DNA from: the human T2T-CHM13v2.0 reference genome, Homo sapiens
Assembly: GCF_009914755.1 (NCBI RefSeq)
Contig: NC_060939.1
Reading direction: 5' to 3' (one strand)
DNA length: 64,000 nt
This document shows, in pieces, positions 61,599 to 64,000 of the stretch (its first letter is position 1; the number at the start of each line of letters is the position of its first letter). Under the pieces are notes generated by a model that saw nothing but the letters and a program-made list of their open reading frames with translations, did not search any database and was not told where the DNA came from. The translations under genes and the position numbers were made by a program.

Positions 61599-61892
61599 TT
61601 TTTGTTTTGTTTTGAAACAGAGTCTTACTCTGTCGCCCAGGCTGGAGTGCAGTGGCACGATCTCGGCTCGGTGCAACCTCTGCCTCCCAGGTTCAAGCGA
61701 TTCTCTGCCTCAGCCTCCCAAGTAGCTGGGATTACAGGCATCCACCACCATGCCCAGTTAATTTTTGTATTTTTAGTAGAGACTGGGTTTCACCATGTTG
61801 GCCAGGTTGGTCTCGAACTCCTGACCTTGTGATCCACCCACCTCGGCCTCCCAAAGTGCTGGGATTACAGGCGTGAGCCACTGTGCCCAGCC
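61599..61892 (-). mobile_element. AluS (Sg-like) SINE
   Basis: Full dimer, cctgaccttgtgatcc; TSD agattttgag at 61587-61596 and 61893-61902. Confidence 0.93.
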
Positions 61893-62794
61893 AGATTTTG
61901 AGTTTTAAGTTGCCTCTCTCAGAACCCTTAATAGTATCTAGAACACAATGACACTGAGTTTCTCTTCACAACCCAACAACTAACTTTTAGGGTCACGATA
62001 TAACACATATTAGCATAGGACAGGGGAACATCAAGATTGACTTGCAGCCCTTCTCTAGGCTTTGAGAAACCCTACGTCTTTATTTGTTAGCACCAGATTA
62101 AGAGGAGAAATCAACTCCAAATTTCAGTGTAATTTATGAAAGCAATATTTAGACTTCTAATCGAACAAATCTCTCTTAAGTCAAAACTATGGCGGCACCA
62201 TGAGTGAAAGATCCAAATTATTTTTATTCTTCTTCTCTTCATTGTACTCTTTCTCTAATCCTTGCTTCTCATTTATTTAACAGACATTTATTATGCATTT
62301 ACCATGTCCCTTGAATTTTGCTGGCACCATTTGTTAGTCTCTAGTAAGAAAAACTAGCAAAACTTAAATATTAGTAATACTAGAAAAAAATGTACTTTCA
62401 ACACATTGATAAAATTTATCAGTCATGCTGAAGGATAATTTATGGACAACAAAGAAAAGTTTCTTAACAAATTAAATAATAATGAAGATAAACAGATGAT
62501 GGATAGATATCAATCTTATACCTAAAAAAGAAATTACATTTAGAGTCGTATCAATTAGACATGGCAAGAACAGTACCAAAATTATATCCGGTGTTTTTAT
62601 TTGACATTGTTCGTGAAATTTTGACTAATTTCAAAAAGATGTAAAGCAGTAATTATGTGTTATTATTAGGAAAGATAAGAGAAAATTATGATAATTTACA
62701 ATTGATACTGTTGTGTACCTGGAACTTCACTATACAAAAAATCAGCACATAAATGTGAGAATAAGAGAGTTCAATAAAATGATGAAAGATGGGA

Positions 62795-63050
62795 TCATTT
62801 TTTCAGCTGTTCATTTCAGAAACTTTTACATCTGTAAGAGCTGAAAGAGTAGTACAATGAACACTTGCATTTTTAACCATGATTCACCAACTGTTAAAAT
62901 TTTGCTACATTGGCTTTTTTTCTCATTTGATTCATATTTCTATTTGTTTGTGTATTTTTCTCTCTCTTTTTTTATTTTTTGGCTAAGACATTTGAAAGAA
63001 AACTGAAGACATTGCAACACTTGATTTCTAAAACTCCAGCATGTATACAA
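62795..63050 (-). mobile_element. Old L1MC/ME 3'-end fragment
   Basis: tgaaagagtagtacaatgaacac...gattcaccaactgttaaaattttgctacatt...catttgaaag...agacat. Confidence 0.6.
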
Positions 63051-63147
63051 AAGTATTTTAAAAGTTGATATCTTCTCATAGGTAAAAAATAACTAGTTAG
63101 AACGCAAAATGAAAAATGTATCATTTGCAGTAACAACAAAAAATTAA

Positions 63148-63889
63148 TGTCTTAGCCCATTAGGGCTGCTATAACAAAATGCCAGAAACTGGGAAGCTTA
63201 TAAACAATAACAATTGATTTCTCCTAGTTCTGGAGGCTGGGAAGTTTAAGATCAAGGCACCAGCAGATTTAGTGTCTTGTGAGGAACCACTTCCTGGTTC
63301 ACAGATGGTGTCTTCTTGCTATGTCTTCACATGGTGGAAGGGCAAGGCAGCAGTCTGGGGCCTCTTTTATAAGGTCATTGTATTAGTCCGTTCTCACACC
63401 ACTAATAAAGACATATCTGAGACTGGGTAATTTATAAAGGAAAGATGTTTAATTGACTCACTGTTCAGCATGGCTGGGGAGACCTCAGGAAACTTACAAT
63501 CATGGCAGAAGGGAAAGCAAACACATCCTTCTTCACATGCTGGCAGCAAGGAGAAGTGCAAGCAAAAGTGGGGAAAGCACCTTATAAAACCATCAGATCT
63601 TGTGAGAACTCACTCACTATCATGGGAACAGCAGCATGAGGGTAGCCACCCCTAAGATTCAATTACCTCCTACTAGGTCCCACCCACGACACGTGGGGAT
63701 TATGGGAACTACAATTCAAGACGAGATTTGGGTGGGGACAGAACCAAACCATATCTGTCACTAATTCCATTGATTAGTGCTCCACCTTTCTGACCCAATG
63801 ACCTCCTAAAAGGCCTCACTTCCAACCACTTTCAGGGGTTGGATTTCAGCAGATGATTTGAGGAGGACACAAACATTCAGACCATAGCA
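63148..63889 (-). mobile_element. MLT1A-family MaLR solo LTR, split by THE1
   Basis: tgtcttag...gctgctataacaaaat...ttctggaggctgggaagt...ttttataagg | cactaatt...acaaacattcagaccatagca; 5-bp flanks attaa/ataaa. Confidence 0.9.
63379..63756 (-). mobile_element. THE1 (THE1C-like) MaLR solo LTR
   Basis: tgtattagtccgttctcacac..ctaataaagacata...ttacaatcatggcagaagg...gagatttgggtggggaca..ccaaaccatatc; 5-bp TSD gtcat/gtcac. Confidence 0.93.
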
Positions 63890-64000
63890 ATAAATGGCCT
63901 TATTGAGAAATACATTAGACCTAAATGAAAAAAACTATTAAAAATTTACTAAAATACATCTAAAAAATTATATTCCTGGATAAAAGATAACACATAATGT

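Larger units (their letters stand above)
62340..64000 (+). mobile_element. Ancient L1M ORF2 remnant, fragmented by later insertions
   Basis: ttatgataatttacaattgatactgttgtgtacctggaac (RT ADD-region-like), gagagttcaataa, tcatttgcagtaacaacaaaa ... agacctaaatgaaaaaaactat. Confidence 0.45.

Overview
AT-rich, CpG-poor primate (human-like) non-coding genomic DNA, consistent with an intergenic region or large intron. No protein-coding gene, rRNA, tRNA or CRISPR array is supportable. The only ORF-track entries with recognisable protein similarity are decayed Hsmar2 transposase and L1 ORF1p/ORF2p fragments; the rest are Alu read-through or chance ORFs. Transposon fossils dominate: a near full-length Hsmar2 mariner (3285-5282) split by an L1PA7-like insertion, a ~6.1 kb L1PB (42286-48441) carrying an Alu, about 13 Alus (J, S, Y), several truncated L1s including a ~40 bp insertion with a perfect TSD, MIR/L2 relics, hAT-Charlie elements and ERVL/MaLR LTRs (THE1 inside MLT1A inside an old L1). 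Repeat-poor stretches (about 13-22 kb and 26.5-31 kb) hold motif-dense blocks that may be enhancers, and 32557-32745 is a candidate MIR-derived non-coding exon. I found no evidence of a new multi-gene system; the findings are insertion-mechanism scars, nested elements and regulatory or exon candidates. Subfamily names come from recalled consensus sequences, not a database search.
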